Below, one piece after another: positions 43,257-53,847 of a stretch of DNA of 64,000 nt (position 1 is its first letter; the number at the start of each line of letters is the position of its first letter). The position numbers and the translations under genes were made by a program. Under the pieces are notes generated by a model. It saw only the letters and a program-made list of their open reading frames with translations, had not been told where the DNA came from and searched no databases. Source of the DNA: Clostridia bacterium (lineage in GTDB: Bacteria > Bacillota > Clostridia > Monoglobales > Firm-18); NCBI GenBank assembly GCA_045660545.1, contig JAZREA010000019.1, positions 21,179 through 85,178 on the forward strand, read 5' to 3'.

Positions 43257-43370
43257 TTAAATTTCTCCCAGAGAAAATTCCATACTCTCTACCCATTGTT
43301 CAAAATCTCTCTGGAAGGTCTCTCTTGATATTTCTTCCAGAAATTCAATCTCGTCTTTTGTCAGTTTCAT
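43257..43370 (-). CDS. 37-aa acidic peptide MKLTKDEIEFLEEISRETFQRDFEQWVESMEFSLGEI
   Basis: Read from sequence; upstream AAAGGAAAGGA RBS. Confidence 0.55.
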   Translation of the reverse strand: MKLTKDEIEFLEEISRETFQRDFEQWVESMEFSLGEI

Positions 43371-43421
43371 ATCTAATCCGCCGTCCTTTCCTTTATATAT
43401 TATATAAGGTAGGAACTCGGA

Positions 43422-44300
43422 CTATAACCATTTTTCTACATCAATCCCAGAAAAGAGACGATTTTTTACATTATACCAATGAAATCTTATGTTTTCATCT
43501 GGGAAATGATTAAAAACTTTCTTTTGTAAGAATTCTGATTTTTCATTAAGAGAATACACATCAAATATAACTCTTGTCGGTATGCCATACATCATTGATG
43601 ATACCGCTTCAAGAGATTTTTTTATGTTCCTTATAAGTTTCTCGGCATTGTTCTGGTGTAGAAAGATAGCCAGATGAACTTGGAGCGTGTTCTCGGTGTA
43701 GTCGGCATAACGAACATAAACATTATTATTTCTCATAATAAGTAGGTCTGTTGTCTGGCAGGCGGTTTTCTTCAAGGTGTCTTTTCGCCCTTTGGTGCTT
43801 GATTTCAGAAACTCGGTTTTCTCTTTCAGTTCGTCCAGATATAATTTTAATGTGCTTGTGTCGGCACTTTTGCCACTCATAAAGCAAAATACTCGGTTTA
43901 AGAAATTCAAACTGTTCTCTACGGCATAGTAGCAGAAATTCCCTTGTTGTAGGATTTTAACCATTTTCTCGGTGTTGTCAAAATATGTATGTATCAGCAT
44001 TTCGCAGAGTAAGGCAGAGTGAAGCAGGTGCTTACTCGTTAGTCTGGGCGATTTTGTTGATAATCCAAAATGACGATAGGCAATATGCTTGACGATTATA
44101 ACCTTGTTTCTTCCTATCTGCTTTACCTTGATAATGCCATTGTCTATAAGTCTTTCAATTAGTCTGGTGTCGGTTTTTCCTATCATACTGTAAAAGTGTT
44201 TCAGGAACATCACGCCCCCACACCCTGAAATAATTATATATATAATTTTTTCGTTATCTGCCAGAAGTCTTTTCTGGCACATTTCTTTTATTCCGTCCAT
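43422..44300 (-). CDS. Hypothetical protein (possible replication-relaxation-like)
   Basis: 292-aa ORF with GGGG RBS; wHTH-like N-terminus followed by HSALLCE. Confidence 0.6.
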   Translation of the reverse strand: MDGIKEMCQKRLLADNEKIIYIIISGCGGVMFLKHFYSMIGKTDTRLIERLIDNGIIKVKQIGRNKVIIVKHIAYRHFGLSTKSPRLTSKHLLHSALLCEMLIHTYFDNTEKMVKILQQGNFCYYAVENSLNFLNRVFCFMSGKSADTSTLKLYLDELKEKTEFLKSSTKGRKDTLKKTACQTTDLLIMRNNNVYVRYADYTENTLQVHLAIFLHQNNAEKLIRNIKKSLEAVSSMMYGIPTRVIFDVYSLNEKSEFLQKKVFNHFPDENIRFHWYNVKNRLFSGIDVEKWL

Positions 44301-44320
44301 TTTTAATTCCCCCTTGTTAA

Positions 44321-44926
44321 TTAAATTCGTTCCATTTCAAGACTTCCACCAATTATAGAAACCGTCTCAATTTTAGCATTCACTTCAATTTCACTATATG
44401 CCGAAGTAATCACCTCGTAATACTCATTTGTGCCGTAGGCAAGGTCTGGCATTGATACTGTGTGATTAGTCAAAGCATTATATAGTTCTTCGTGTCGGTC
44501 ATATTGTTTGTCTTCTAACAGTTTGTCCAGATGTTCTTTGAACTCGTCCCTGATTTCTGCTTCACATCTCATAGTAAGCCTTTGTTCTGGCGTTAATGAT
44601 ATTATCTTGTTCATCAGCCTTAAATCGTGTTCTGTGCCAGTGCTTGTATAATATTTGCGGTCGGCAAGTGTCGGCACATTCTGGGCAATCCATTTTCTGC
44701 CGTCATCTGATATTCGGTAAATGCTTTGTCTGTTGCCCTTATCATCTATGTATGAGCATTTCTGGATTGTCCTATCAAGCACGAAATTTTTAAGGCGGTT
44801 AGCCGTAATAAATTTGAGTGCTTGTTCCTTTGAGCAAACACCAGAACATCTAAGGGCGTTCAAGAATTGAATGTCCTTGTGGTTCGGTGTTTGTATATAA
44901 TGAGATTTTCTTCCCAAGAAAATCAC
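44321..44926 (-). CDS. Replication-relaxation-like protein (wHTH plus PD-(D/E)xK-like)
   Basis: YRISDDG wing, EHDLRL, MPDLAY, YEVIT. Confidence 0.55.
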   Translation of the reverse strand: MIFLGRKSHYIQTPNHKDIQFLNALRCSGVCSKEQALKFITANRLKNFVLDRTIQKCSYIDDKGNRQSIYRISDDGRKWIAQNVPTLADRKYYTSTGTEHDLRLMNKIISLTPEQRLTMRCEAEIRDEFKEHLDKLLEDKQYDRHEELYNALTNHTVSMPDLAYGTNEYYEVITSAYSEIEVNAKIETVSIIGGSLEMERI

Positions 44927-45188
44927 CCCCTTGAGCTTCTGGCAAGACCGAACGAAGCAAGAAAGAAAAAAATATTCACATTCTGGGAATATGGTGGCAT
45001 AGCCATTTTTCTTTTGGTGGTATGAAAAAATTATTAAAATAATTTTTATACCTGCGGAGTGAGGTCTTGCGAGATTGTTTTCTTACCGTATTATATATAA
45101 TACTTTATTTATAAGTGTTCTATAACTTGAAGATGTTGAAACAAGGCGATTAGTCTGGTTGGTGTTGATTTCAATATTTTTCAATATC

Positions 45189-45240
45189 TTCCGTATATAC
45201 GGAATGGTTTTCTTGACACATAGTGTAGGTGTGTTATAAT
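45189..45240 (+). promoter_or_regulatory. 16-bp palindromic operator plus sigma-A promoter
   Basis: TTCCGTATATACGGAA (45189-45204), TTGACA (45213), TG-n-TATAAT (45235). Confidence 0.85.
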
Positions 45241-45337
45241 AAAAATAGATAGATTTTGTCGCATTTACTTGAATAATGGCGTTCTTCTCACAGTAGTATA
45301 TAAGAAAAAACAAAATAGAAAGAGAGGAACAAAAGAT

Positions 45338-45790
45338 ATGAGTAGAATGGCGGTATATTTTATTACCCAAAGTAAAGCAGGCAACAAAATAGGTATTGAG
45401 GGGAAATGGGTTAGATTACCCATAGGTAGAGTAGCACTTGAAAGAGTGCTGAAACAAATCGGTAAGAATGATGAATGTATGGAATGTTTCATCACGGAAT
45501 GTAAAAACGAAGTATTCGGCAAAGGCAATAAGTTAGATAATCACAAGAAGATTATAGAACTGAATAATTTGGCAGGGCGGTTAAGAAATCTTTCAAATGA
45601 TGATACTAATAAACTCTGTGCTTTTATTGAAGCATACAATTATTCAAGTTCTGATGATTTAATTAAGATTTTAGATTGCCTTAAAGATTATAAGTTAATC
45701 CAAAATGTAGATGAAAGTGCTTACAACACCAGAGAATACAAGGGGAAACGAGTTTTTACCACTTACGGACTATTGATTAAAATAGTTTGA
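45338..45790 (+). CDS. ArdA-like anti-restriction protein (divergent paralog)
   Basis: GKWVRLP...LKQIG...ECFITE...IIELNNLA...FTTYGLL aligns with the ArdA at 46030. Confidence 0.65.
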   Translation: MSRMAVYFITQSKAGNKIGIEGKWVRLPIGRVALERVLKQIGKNDECMECFITECKNEVFGKGNKLDNHKKIIELNNLAGRLRNLSNDDTNKLCAFIEAYNYSSSDDLIKILDCLKDYKLIQNVDESAYNTREYKGKRVFTTYGLLIKIV

Positions 45791-45794
45791 TTTC

Positions 45795-45847
45795 TTCCGT
45801 ATATACGGAATGGATTTCTTGATTTATAATGATTTTTATGTTAAAAT
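45795..45847 (+). promoter_or_regulatory. Second copy of palindromic operator plus promoter
   Basis: TTCCGTATATACGGAA (45795-45810), TTGATT-17bp-TAAAAT with TG. Confidence 0.85.
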
Positions 45848-45902
45848 ATAATTGTAAGATGTGCATCACAAACAAAAAATCAAATCAAGGAGCGTTTAAG
45901 CT

Positions 45903-46016
45903 ATGAAAAGTAAAAATAAAAAAATAATCTATATTCCAAAGGAAGAAAACATCATTGATTACAATGAGATAATTAAGATTTTATGCGAAAATATGAATAA
46001 CTATATTAAAAGATGA
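45903..46016 (+). CDS. 37-aa small protein MKSKNKKIIYIPKEENIIDYNEIIKILCENMNNYIKR
   Basis: AAGGAG RBS; first gene of the ardA-recombinase operon. Confidence 0.6.
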   Translation: MKSKNKKIIYIPKEENIIDYNEIIKILCENMNNYIKR

Positions 46017-46029
46017 AAGCGAGGCACTA

Positions 46030-46557
46030 ATGATGTTAAATTTGTATATTAGTAATCTCGGAAAATATGTAGAAGGCTTTCTCGTTGGGGAATGGGTAGA
46101 ATTACCCGTTCCCACAGAGGAACTTGACGAAGTATTAAAGAGAATTGGTATTAACAAAGAATATGAAGAATTTTTTCTGACCGATTGGGAAAGTGAAATC
46201 TATGGCTTAACAAAAGTTATAGGTGAATACTCCAATATTTATAAATTAAATGAACTTGCTGAAATGATTGAAGCACTTGATTCTTATGATATTAAGAAAC
46301 TAGAAGCAGTTTTAGAGTATCAGGGTGCTACATCAGCAACAGAGGTAATGGAACTGATTGAAGATTTAGATAGTTATACTTTATATGAAAATATTGAAAA
46401 TGACTATGATTTAGGCTATTACTTTGCGGAGGAATGTTGTTGTATTGATATTCCAGAAAACCTAAAATGCTATTTTGATTATTCATCTTATGGCAGAGAT
46501 ATAGACCTTGACGGTTGTGGTTGTTTTACTAAAAATGGTTATATTATGGCTTATTAA
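46030..46557 (+). CDS. ardA: Anti-restriction protein ArdA
   Basis: YISNLGKYVEGFLVGEWVELP, EEFFLTDWE, YFDYSSYGRD; highly acidic DNA mimic. Confidence 0.92.
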   Translation: MMLNLYISNLGKYVEGFLVGEWVELPVPTEELDEVLKRIGINKEYEEFFLTDWESEIYGLTKVIGEYSNIYKLNELAEMIEALDSYDIKKLEAVLEYQGATSATEVMELIEDLDSYTLYENIENDYDLGYYFAEECCCIDIPENLKCYFDYSSYGRDIDLDGCGCFTKNGYIMAY

Positions 46558-46577
46558 AGCAGAAAGGATTAACAGAT

Positions 46578-48290
46578 ATGAGAAACAGAGAATTACAAGT
46601 TGTAGGTTATGCGAGATATTCTTCTGACCTACAAAGAGAAGAAAGTATTGAAGCACAAGAAAGAGCAATTAGAGAATTTTGCGATAAAGAGGGTTATACC
46701 CTAATCAAGTTTTATGAAGATAGAGCACAATCGGCAAAAACCGATAACAGAACTGCTTTCAAGCAGATGATTGCCGATAGTAGTAAAGGCAGATTTGATG
46801 CCATTGTAGTACATAAACTTGACCGCTTTGCCAGAAACAGATATGATTCGGCACATTACAAGTATATTATTAAGTCAAACGGAGTTAAACTGTTCAGCGT
46901 AACAGAAAGGCTTGATGATAGTCCAGAAAGTGTTATTCTGGAATCGGTTTTAGAAGGTATGGCTGAATATTATATTCTTAACCTTGCCAGAGAAGTTGAA
47001 AAAGGCAAAATGGAAAACGCCTTAAAATGTAATCATACGGGGGGACTTCCCCCGCTTGGCTACAATGTAGATAAACAAACAAAGAAACTCGTAATCAATC
47101 CAGACGAAGCAGGTGCGGTAAAACTGATATTTGAAAACATCTTAAAGGGAGAATCCTATATGGATGTTGTAAATGAATTAAATCGTAAAGGCTATAAGAC
47201 CAAAACTGGAAATGTGTTTGGAAAGAACTCACTATTTTCAATTTTGAAAAACGAAAAGTATTGTGGCACATATATTTACAATAAGTCTGAAAAGGCAAAT
47301 AGTGCTACAAAAAAGAGAAATGGGCATAAATACAAGCCAGATGAAGAAATTGTCAGAATTGAAAATGGTTGCCCTGCCCTTATAAGTAAAGATGATTTTG
47401 ATAAGGTTCAAAAGATAATGAAAGAAAGGCAACAGAGAGCAGGCAGTTTCAAAGCACGAGAAACATATTTATTGTCTGGGAAAATTATCTGTGGCGAATG
47501 TGAATCTGCCTATGTTGGAAATAGCAGAAAGGCAAATGATACACACCCACAATATGTAAGTTATCGTTGCACCCATAAAAATCAAAAGGTTAAATGTCAT
47601 AATGGCGAAGTCAATCGTGATGTCCTTGATAAGAGTGTAGTTCAACTTATTAGTAAAATTGTCTTTGACGAAAGCAGAATTGAAGAAATTGTTTCTGCTT
47701 ATAGGAAATATCACAATTCACAAGATGATAACTATACACAAGAGATTAAAAGGCTTGAAAAACTCATTGATAGTGTAAATTACAAAATCAACAATACAAC
47801 TAATGCTATTGCTTCAATAGGTTTTTCACAAGCACTTGCTGATAGTTTGAAATCTCTTGAAAATGAAAAAATCAGTTTAGATATTGAACTTGAAAATGTA
47901 AAGGCGAAAGCCAGAGAAACAACATTAACAGAAGATGTAATTCTTGAAGCATTCAGATATGCTAAATCAGAGTTTGAAAACGGCACATTGAAAGGTATTA
48001 AAGAAATTGTAAATCTTTTTGTTGATAAAGTGGTAGTCTATGAAGATAAAGTGGAAATAACATTATGCTATGGTAATGATTTATTAAAACTTGTAGCAGA
48101 TGACTACGGCAAGGATAATTCCTTGCGGTTTAGGATTGTTGAATTTATTCCTGCCAGAATTTTAGACAAAAAAAGAAAACACAATTTTTTTCAAAATTGT
48201 GTTTTCTCTGGCGGAGAAGGAGAGATTCGAACTCTCGCGCCGGTTTCCCGACCTACACCCTTAGCAGGGGCGCCTCTTCGGCCTACTTGA
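46578..48290 (+). CDS. Large serine recombinase (integrase)
   Basis: YARYSS catalytic Ser, DRFAR, recombinase domain, CGEC...C zinc ribbon, coiled coil; 3' end runs antisense through tRNA-Ser. Confidence 0.95.
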   Translation: MRNRELQVVGYARYSSDLQREESIEAQERAIREFCDKEGYTLIKFYEDRAQSAKTDNRTAFKQMIADSSKGRFDAIVVHKLDRFARNRYDSAHYKYIIKSNGVKLFSVTERLDDSPESVILESVLEGMAEYYILNLAREVEKGKMENALKCNHTGGLPPLGYNVDKQTKKLVINPDEAGAVKLIFENILKGESYMDVVNELNRKGYKTKTGNVFGKNSLFSILKNEKYCGTYIYNKSEKANSATKKRNGHKYKPDEEIVRIENGCPALISKDDFDKVQKIMKERQQRAGSFKARETYLLSGKIICGECESAYVGNSRKANDTHPQYVSYRCTHKNQKVKCHNGEVNRDVLDKSVVQLISKIVFDESRIEEIVSAYRKYHNSQDDNYTQEIKRLEKLIDSVNYKINNTTNAIASIGFSQALADSLKSLENEKISLDIELENVKAKARETTLTEDVILEAFRYAKSEFENGTLKGIKEIVNLFVDKVVVYEDKVEITLCYGNDLLKLVADDYGKDNSLRFRIVEFIPARILDKKRKHNFFQNCVFSGGEGEIRTLAPVSRPTPLAGAPLRPT

Positions 48291-48300
48291 GTACTTCTCC
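48209..48300 (-). tRNA. tRNA-Ser (GCT)
   Basis: GGAGAAG acceptor, anticodon loop CT-GCT-AA, long variable arm, GTTCGAATC, encoded CCA. Confidence 0.96.
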
Positions 48301-48335
48301 ACGGACGAAAAAAATAAAAATATTAAATAAAAAAA

Positions 48336-48425
48336 TGGAGGAGAGGGGCGGATTCGAACCCCCGGACGTCGCAAAACGTCACTGGTTTTCAAGACCAGCT
48401 CTTTAAACCACTCAGACACCTCTCC
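48336..48425 (-). tRNA. tRNA-Ser (TGA)
   Basis: CTGGT-CT-TGA-AA-ACCAG anticodon arm, long variable arm, GTTCGAATCC, CCA. Confidence 0.95.
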
Positions 48426-48440
48426 AAGTCAACGTAATAG

Positions 48441-48469
48441 ATTATAACACATTGTGTTTGATGTGTCAA
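48441..48469 (-). promoter_or_regulatory. Sigma-A promoter for tRNA-Ser pair
   Basis: TTGACA-17bp-TATAAT on minus strand. Confidence 0.9.
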
Positions 48470-48511
48470 TAGATTTTAACACTTTTTTATGGAAAAATAG
48501 GTAAATAATGT

Positions 48512-48538
48512 GGGGTTTGAGCTATTAACTCAAACCCC
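48512..48538 (-). terminator. Terminator after gatB
   Basis: GGGGTTTGAG-CTATTAA-CTCAAACCCC. Confidence 0.75.
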
Positions 48539-48546
48539 TGTTGGTG

Positions 48547-49980
48547 TTATCTTCTGTCAAGCTCTTCTTTAATTAGCTTGTTTAAAATTTGCGGATTGCC
48601 CTGACCTTTGGTTGCTCTCATTGTCTGGCCTACCAAGAAGCCGATTGCTTTATCCTTACCTGCCTTATAGTCTGTAACGGACTGTGGGTTGTTATCTATG
48701 ATTTCCACTACAATTTTAAGAAGGGCGCTCTCGTCACTGATTTGAACGAGGCCTTTTTCTTTAACTATGATTTCAGGGTCTCTTGGGTTTTTAAAGAGTT
48801 CTTCAATAACCTTTTTACCTGCTGTATTACTGATGGTGCCTTTTTCGATAATTTCTATCAGTTTAGCGAGGTGTTCTGCTTTAAAAGGTATCTGTGACGG
48901 CTCTAAGTTGTTTTCGTTAAGAAGCCTTGAAATATCGCTTAAAATCCAGTTGCTTGCAGCCTTAGCCTTTGCGCCGAGTTTAACACATTCGTCAAGGAAG
49001 TCGGCAAGATAGATGCTGAGCGTGATTTGGCTTGCGTCATATTCAGAAAGGCCATGTTCATTGATATACCTTTCCTTACGCTGTTGCGGAAGCTCGGGAA
49101 TGGAAGCTCTGATTCTCTCTATCCATTCATCGTCAACAACAATCGGAACAAGGTCCGGCTCGGGGAAGTAGCGGTAATCCTGAGCCTCTTCCTTACTTCT
49201 CATAGCGTAGGACATACCCTTTGAGTCGTCCCAACGTCTTGTTTCCTGGATTATTTCGTTACCGCAAGTGATTTCGGTAATCTGTCTTTTTGACTCGTAC
49301 TCAATCGCGCGGAAAGCGGCGCTGAACGAGTTGACATTTTTCATCTCTGTTCTTGTGCCGAACTCTTTTTGTCCCTCGGGACGAACGGAGACGTTGATGT
49401 CGCATCTTAGGGAACCCTCTTGCATTTTGCAGTCAGAAACCTTTGTATATTCCAGGATAGACTTTAAGTTTTCGAGGAAAGCTCTGGCCTCCTCAGCACT
49501 GCGCATATCAGGCTCTGAAACGATTTCGATAAGTGGAACTCCGCATCTGTTATAGTCAACAAGCGTGTTGCCAGCAACTGCTTCGTGAAGGAGCTTACCT
49601 GCGTCCTCTTCGATGTGGATTCTTGTAATACCAATCGACTTTTTCTCGCCATTTACGTTAATATCAACATGTCCGCCTACGCAAAGAGGAAGGTCGTACT
49701 GTGATGTCTGGTACGCCTTTGGAAGGTCGGGGTAGAAGTAGTTCTTTCTGTCCTGCTTGCCCTCTCTTGTGATTTCACAGTTTGTGGCAAGGCCCGCCTT
49801 TATCGCGTAGTCTACAACCTTTTTGTTAAGTACCGGCAAAACGCCCGGCATACCTGTACAAATCGGACAGCAATGTGTGTTTGTATCGCCGCCGAATTCG
49901 TTTGCGCAACCGCAATATATTTTAGAGTCTGTAGCAAGTTCTGCATGAACTTCAAGACCTATGACTGTTTCGAATTTCAT
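48547..49980 (-). CDS. gatB: Asp/Glu-tRNA amidotransferase subunit B
   Basis: IGLEVHAEL, RKNYFYPDLPK, HIEEDAGK, DYRYFPEPDL. Confidence 0.98.
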   Translation of the reverse strand: MKFETVIGLEVHAELATDSKIYCGCANEFGGDTNTHCCPICTGMPGVLPVLNKKVVDYAIKAGLATNCEITREGKQDRKNYFYPDLPKAYQTSQYDLPLCVGGHVDINVNGEKKSIGITRIHIEEDAGKLLHEAVAGNTLVDYNRCGVPLIEIVSEPDMRSAEEARAFLENLKSILEYTKVSDCKMQEGSLRCDINVSVRPEGQKEFGTRTEMKNVNSFSAAFRAIEYESKRQITEITCGNEIIQETRRWDDSKGMSYAMRSKEEAQDYRYFPEPDLVPIVVDDEWIERIRASIPELPQQRKERYINEHGLSEYDASQITLSIYLADFLDECVKLGAKAKAASNWILSDISRLLNENNLEPSQIPFKAEHLAKLIEIIEKGTISNTAGKKVIEELFKNPRDPEIIVKEKGLVQISDESALLKIVVEIIDNNPQSVTDYKAGKDKAIGFLVGQTMRATKGQGNPQILNKLIKEELDRR

Positions 49981-49994
49981 TTTCGTTCACCCCT

Positions 49995-51455
49995 TTACAA
50001 CTGTGGACGCTTTGTATGAACGTCTGTGTTTTGCTCGAATGTGTAAGCTGCTCTAATCAACGTGGATTCGTCAAAATTCTTACCAATAAGCTGCATACCG
50101 ATTGGCATATTGTTGCTGTCAAAGCCGCACGGAACAGATATTGCAGGAACACCCGCTATATTGATTGAAACTGTGCAGATGTCTTCTAAGTACATCTGTA
50201 ACGGGTCTGTTGTCTTAGAACCAAGCTGGAACGCAGTATTCGGTGCAGTAGGAGTGAGGATAAAGTCGTATTTTTCAAAAGCGGCTTCAAAGTCGTTTTT
50301 AATAACTGTACGTACCTGCTGAGCCTTTTTATAATATGCGTCGTAATAGCCCGAGCTAAGAGCGTAAGTACCAAGCATAATTCTGCGCTTAACCTCGCTG
50401 CCGAAGCCTTCGCTTCTGGTGTTGTTGTAAAGCTCTGTGAGGTTTGTAAAATTCTCTGTCCTGTAACCATATTTAATACCATCGTACCTTGCAAGGTTAG
50501 AGCTTGCCTCGGCAGAGGAGATGATGTAATACGCAGGAAGCGCATATTTTGAAGCCTTCATATCGAAAAACTCTACGTCTGCACCAAGAGATTTATAAAC
50601 ATCAATTGCTTTTAAAATTGCGTTTTTGACATCTTCGTTTATACCTTCGCCTATATAGTCGCTTGGCACACCTATTTTAAGACCCTTAACATCGTTAACA
50701 AGAGCCTTTGTATAATCTACCTTTGGAAGATTAATTGATGTACTGTCCATAGAGTCGTGGCCTGCGATTGCGTTTAAAACCAAAGCAGTGTCGGTAACAT
50801 CCTTGGTAAGCGGACCTATCTGGTCCAAGGAAGAAGCAAACGCTACAAGACCAAAACGTGAAACAAGGCCATAAGTAGGCTTTAAGCCAACTACGCCACA
50901 ATATGACGCAGGCTGACGGATAGAACCGCCTGTATCCGAACCGAGTGAATACACAGCAAGGTCTGCACCGACAGAAGCTGCGGAACCACCGGAAGAACCA
51001 CCCGGAACTCTTGTGATGTCATATGGGTTTTTAGTCTTTTTAAAGTATGAGTTTTCAGTAGAAGAGCCCATAGCGAACTCGTCCATATTTAACTTACCAA
51101 GAATTGGTGCGTTAATTTCTTTAAGCTTTTTAACGACAAAAGCGTCGTACGGCGGAACAAAGTTGCCAAGCATCTTTGAAGCGCAGGTAGTCTTAATGCC
51201 GTCTGTGCATATGTTGTCCTTAATTGCAGCAGGGATACCCTCGAGTGGAGCGATTTCTTCGCCCTTTGCAATCTTTTCGTCAACTGCTTTTGCAGTTTCA
51301 AGGGCAAGCTCAGGCGTCAAAGTGATGTAACTTTCAATTTTGCCCTCAACATTATCTATGCGGTCAATAACCGACTTGGTTATCTCGACGCTTGAAACTT
51401 CTTTGCTTTTAAGCTTGTCCGAAAGCTCGTGCGCAGTAAGCTCGTATAAATTCAT
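49995..51455 (-). CDS. gatA: Asp/Glu-tRNA amidotransferase subunit A
   Basis: Amidase signature [21 protein letters not shown]. Confidence 0.98.
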   Translation of the reverse strand: MNLYELTAHELSDKLKSKEVSSVEITKSVIDRIDNVEGKIESYITLTPELALETAKAVDEKIAKGEEIAPLEGIPAAIKDNICTDGIKTTCASKMLGNFVPPYDAFVVKKLKEINAPILGKLNMDEFAMGSSTENSYFKKTKNPYDITRVPGGSSGGSAASVGADLAVYSLGSDTGGSIRQPASYCGVVGLKPTYGLVSRFGLVAFASSLDQIGPLTKDVTDTALVLNAIAGHDSMDSTSINLPKVDYTKALVNDVKGLKIGVPSDYIGEGINEDVKNAILKAIDVYKSLGADVEFFDMKASKYALPAYYIISSAEASSNLARYDGIKYGYRTENFTNLTELYNNTRSEGFGSEVKRRIMLGTYALSSGYYDAYYKKAQQVRTVIKNDFEAAFEKYDFILTPTAPNTAFQLGSKTTDPLQMYLEDICTVSINIAGVPAISVPCGFDSNNMPIGMQLIGKNFDESTLIRAAYTFEQNTDVHTKRPQL

Positions 51456-51466
51456 AACATTACCTC

Positions 51467-51754
51467 CTATTCAACAACCTTTGGTACAAGATAGCAGCCT
51501 TCGTCCTGAGAAGGAGCGTTCTTTAAAATCGCTTCTCTGTCGTAAGAGCCTGTAACCTTGTCTTCTCTGAAAACATTTTGTACCTTCATGGCGTGATTGG
51601 TAGGCGCTACGGAAGATGTATCTATTTCAGACAGCATATCCGCAAAGGTTATTATGCTTTCCATTTCGTTTGCAAGCTTTACGGCTTCGTCGTCTGTTAC
51701 GTTAAGCCTTGCGAGCTTTGCAACGTATTTTACATTGTCTGTTGTAATTTTCAC
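51467..51754 (-). CDS. gatC: Asp/Glu-tRNA amidotransferase subunit C
   Basis: [19 protein letters not shown]; GTG start. Confidence 0.95.
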   Translation of the reverse strand: MKITTDNVKYVAKLARLNVTDDEAVKLANEMESIITFADMLSEIDTSSVAPTNHAMKVQNVFREDKVTGSYDREAILKNAPSQDEGCYLVPKVVE

Positions 51755-51823
51755 TTGTGTCATCCTTTCTTTGGATTTTAACCCTATTTTTTTATTATAT
51801 AACAAAAATTGTAATATTTCAAG

Positions 51824-53824
<2,001 letters not shown>

Positions 53825-53847
53825 TCACACTTTTGGTAATTTTACAA

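Larger units (their letters stand above)
38767..48221. mobile_element. ~9.4 kb integrative (probably mobilisable) element inserted in the 3' end of tRNA-Ser(GCT)
   Basis: 13-bp direct repeat TGGCGGAGAAGGA at 38767-38779 and 48209-48221; serine recombinase at right end; low GC; RM, ArdA and Rep cargo. Confidence 0.92.

Noticed and set aside
38767-48221. Prophage
   Set aside because: No capsid, terminase, tail or lysis genes.
48197-48406. 69-aa ORF over the tRNAs
   Set aside because: Antisense reading of two tRNA genes.
48336-48425. tRNA-Sec or suppressor tRNA
   Set aside because: Anticodon is TGA (reads UCA, Ser), not TCA; the acceptor stem is a normal 7 bp.
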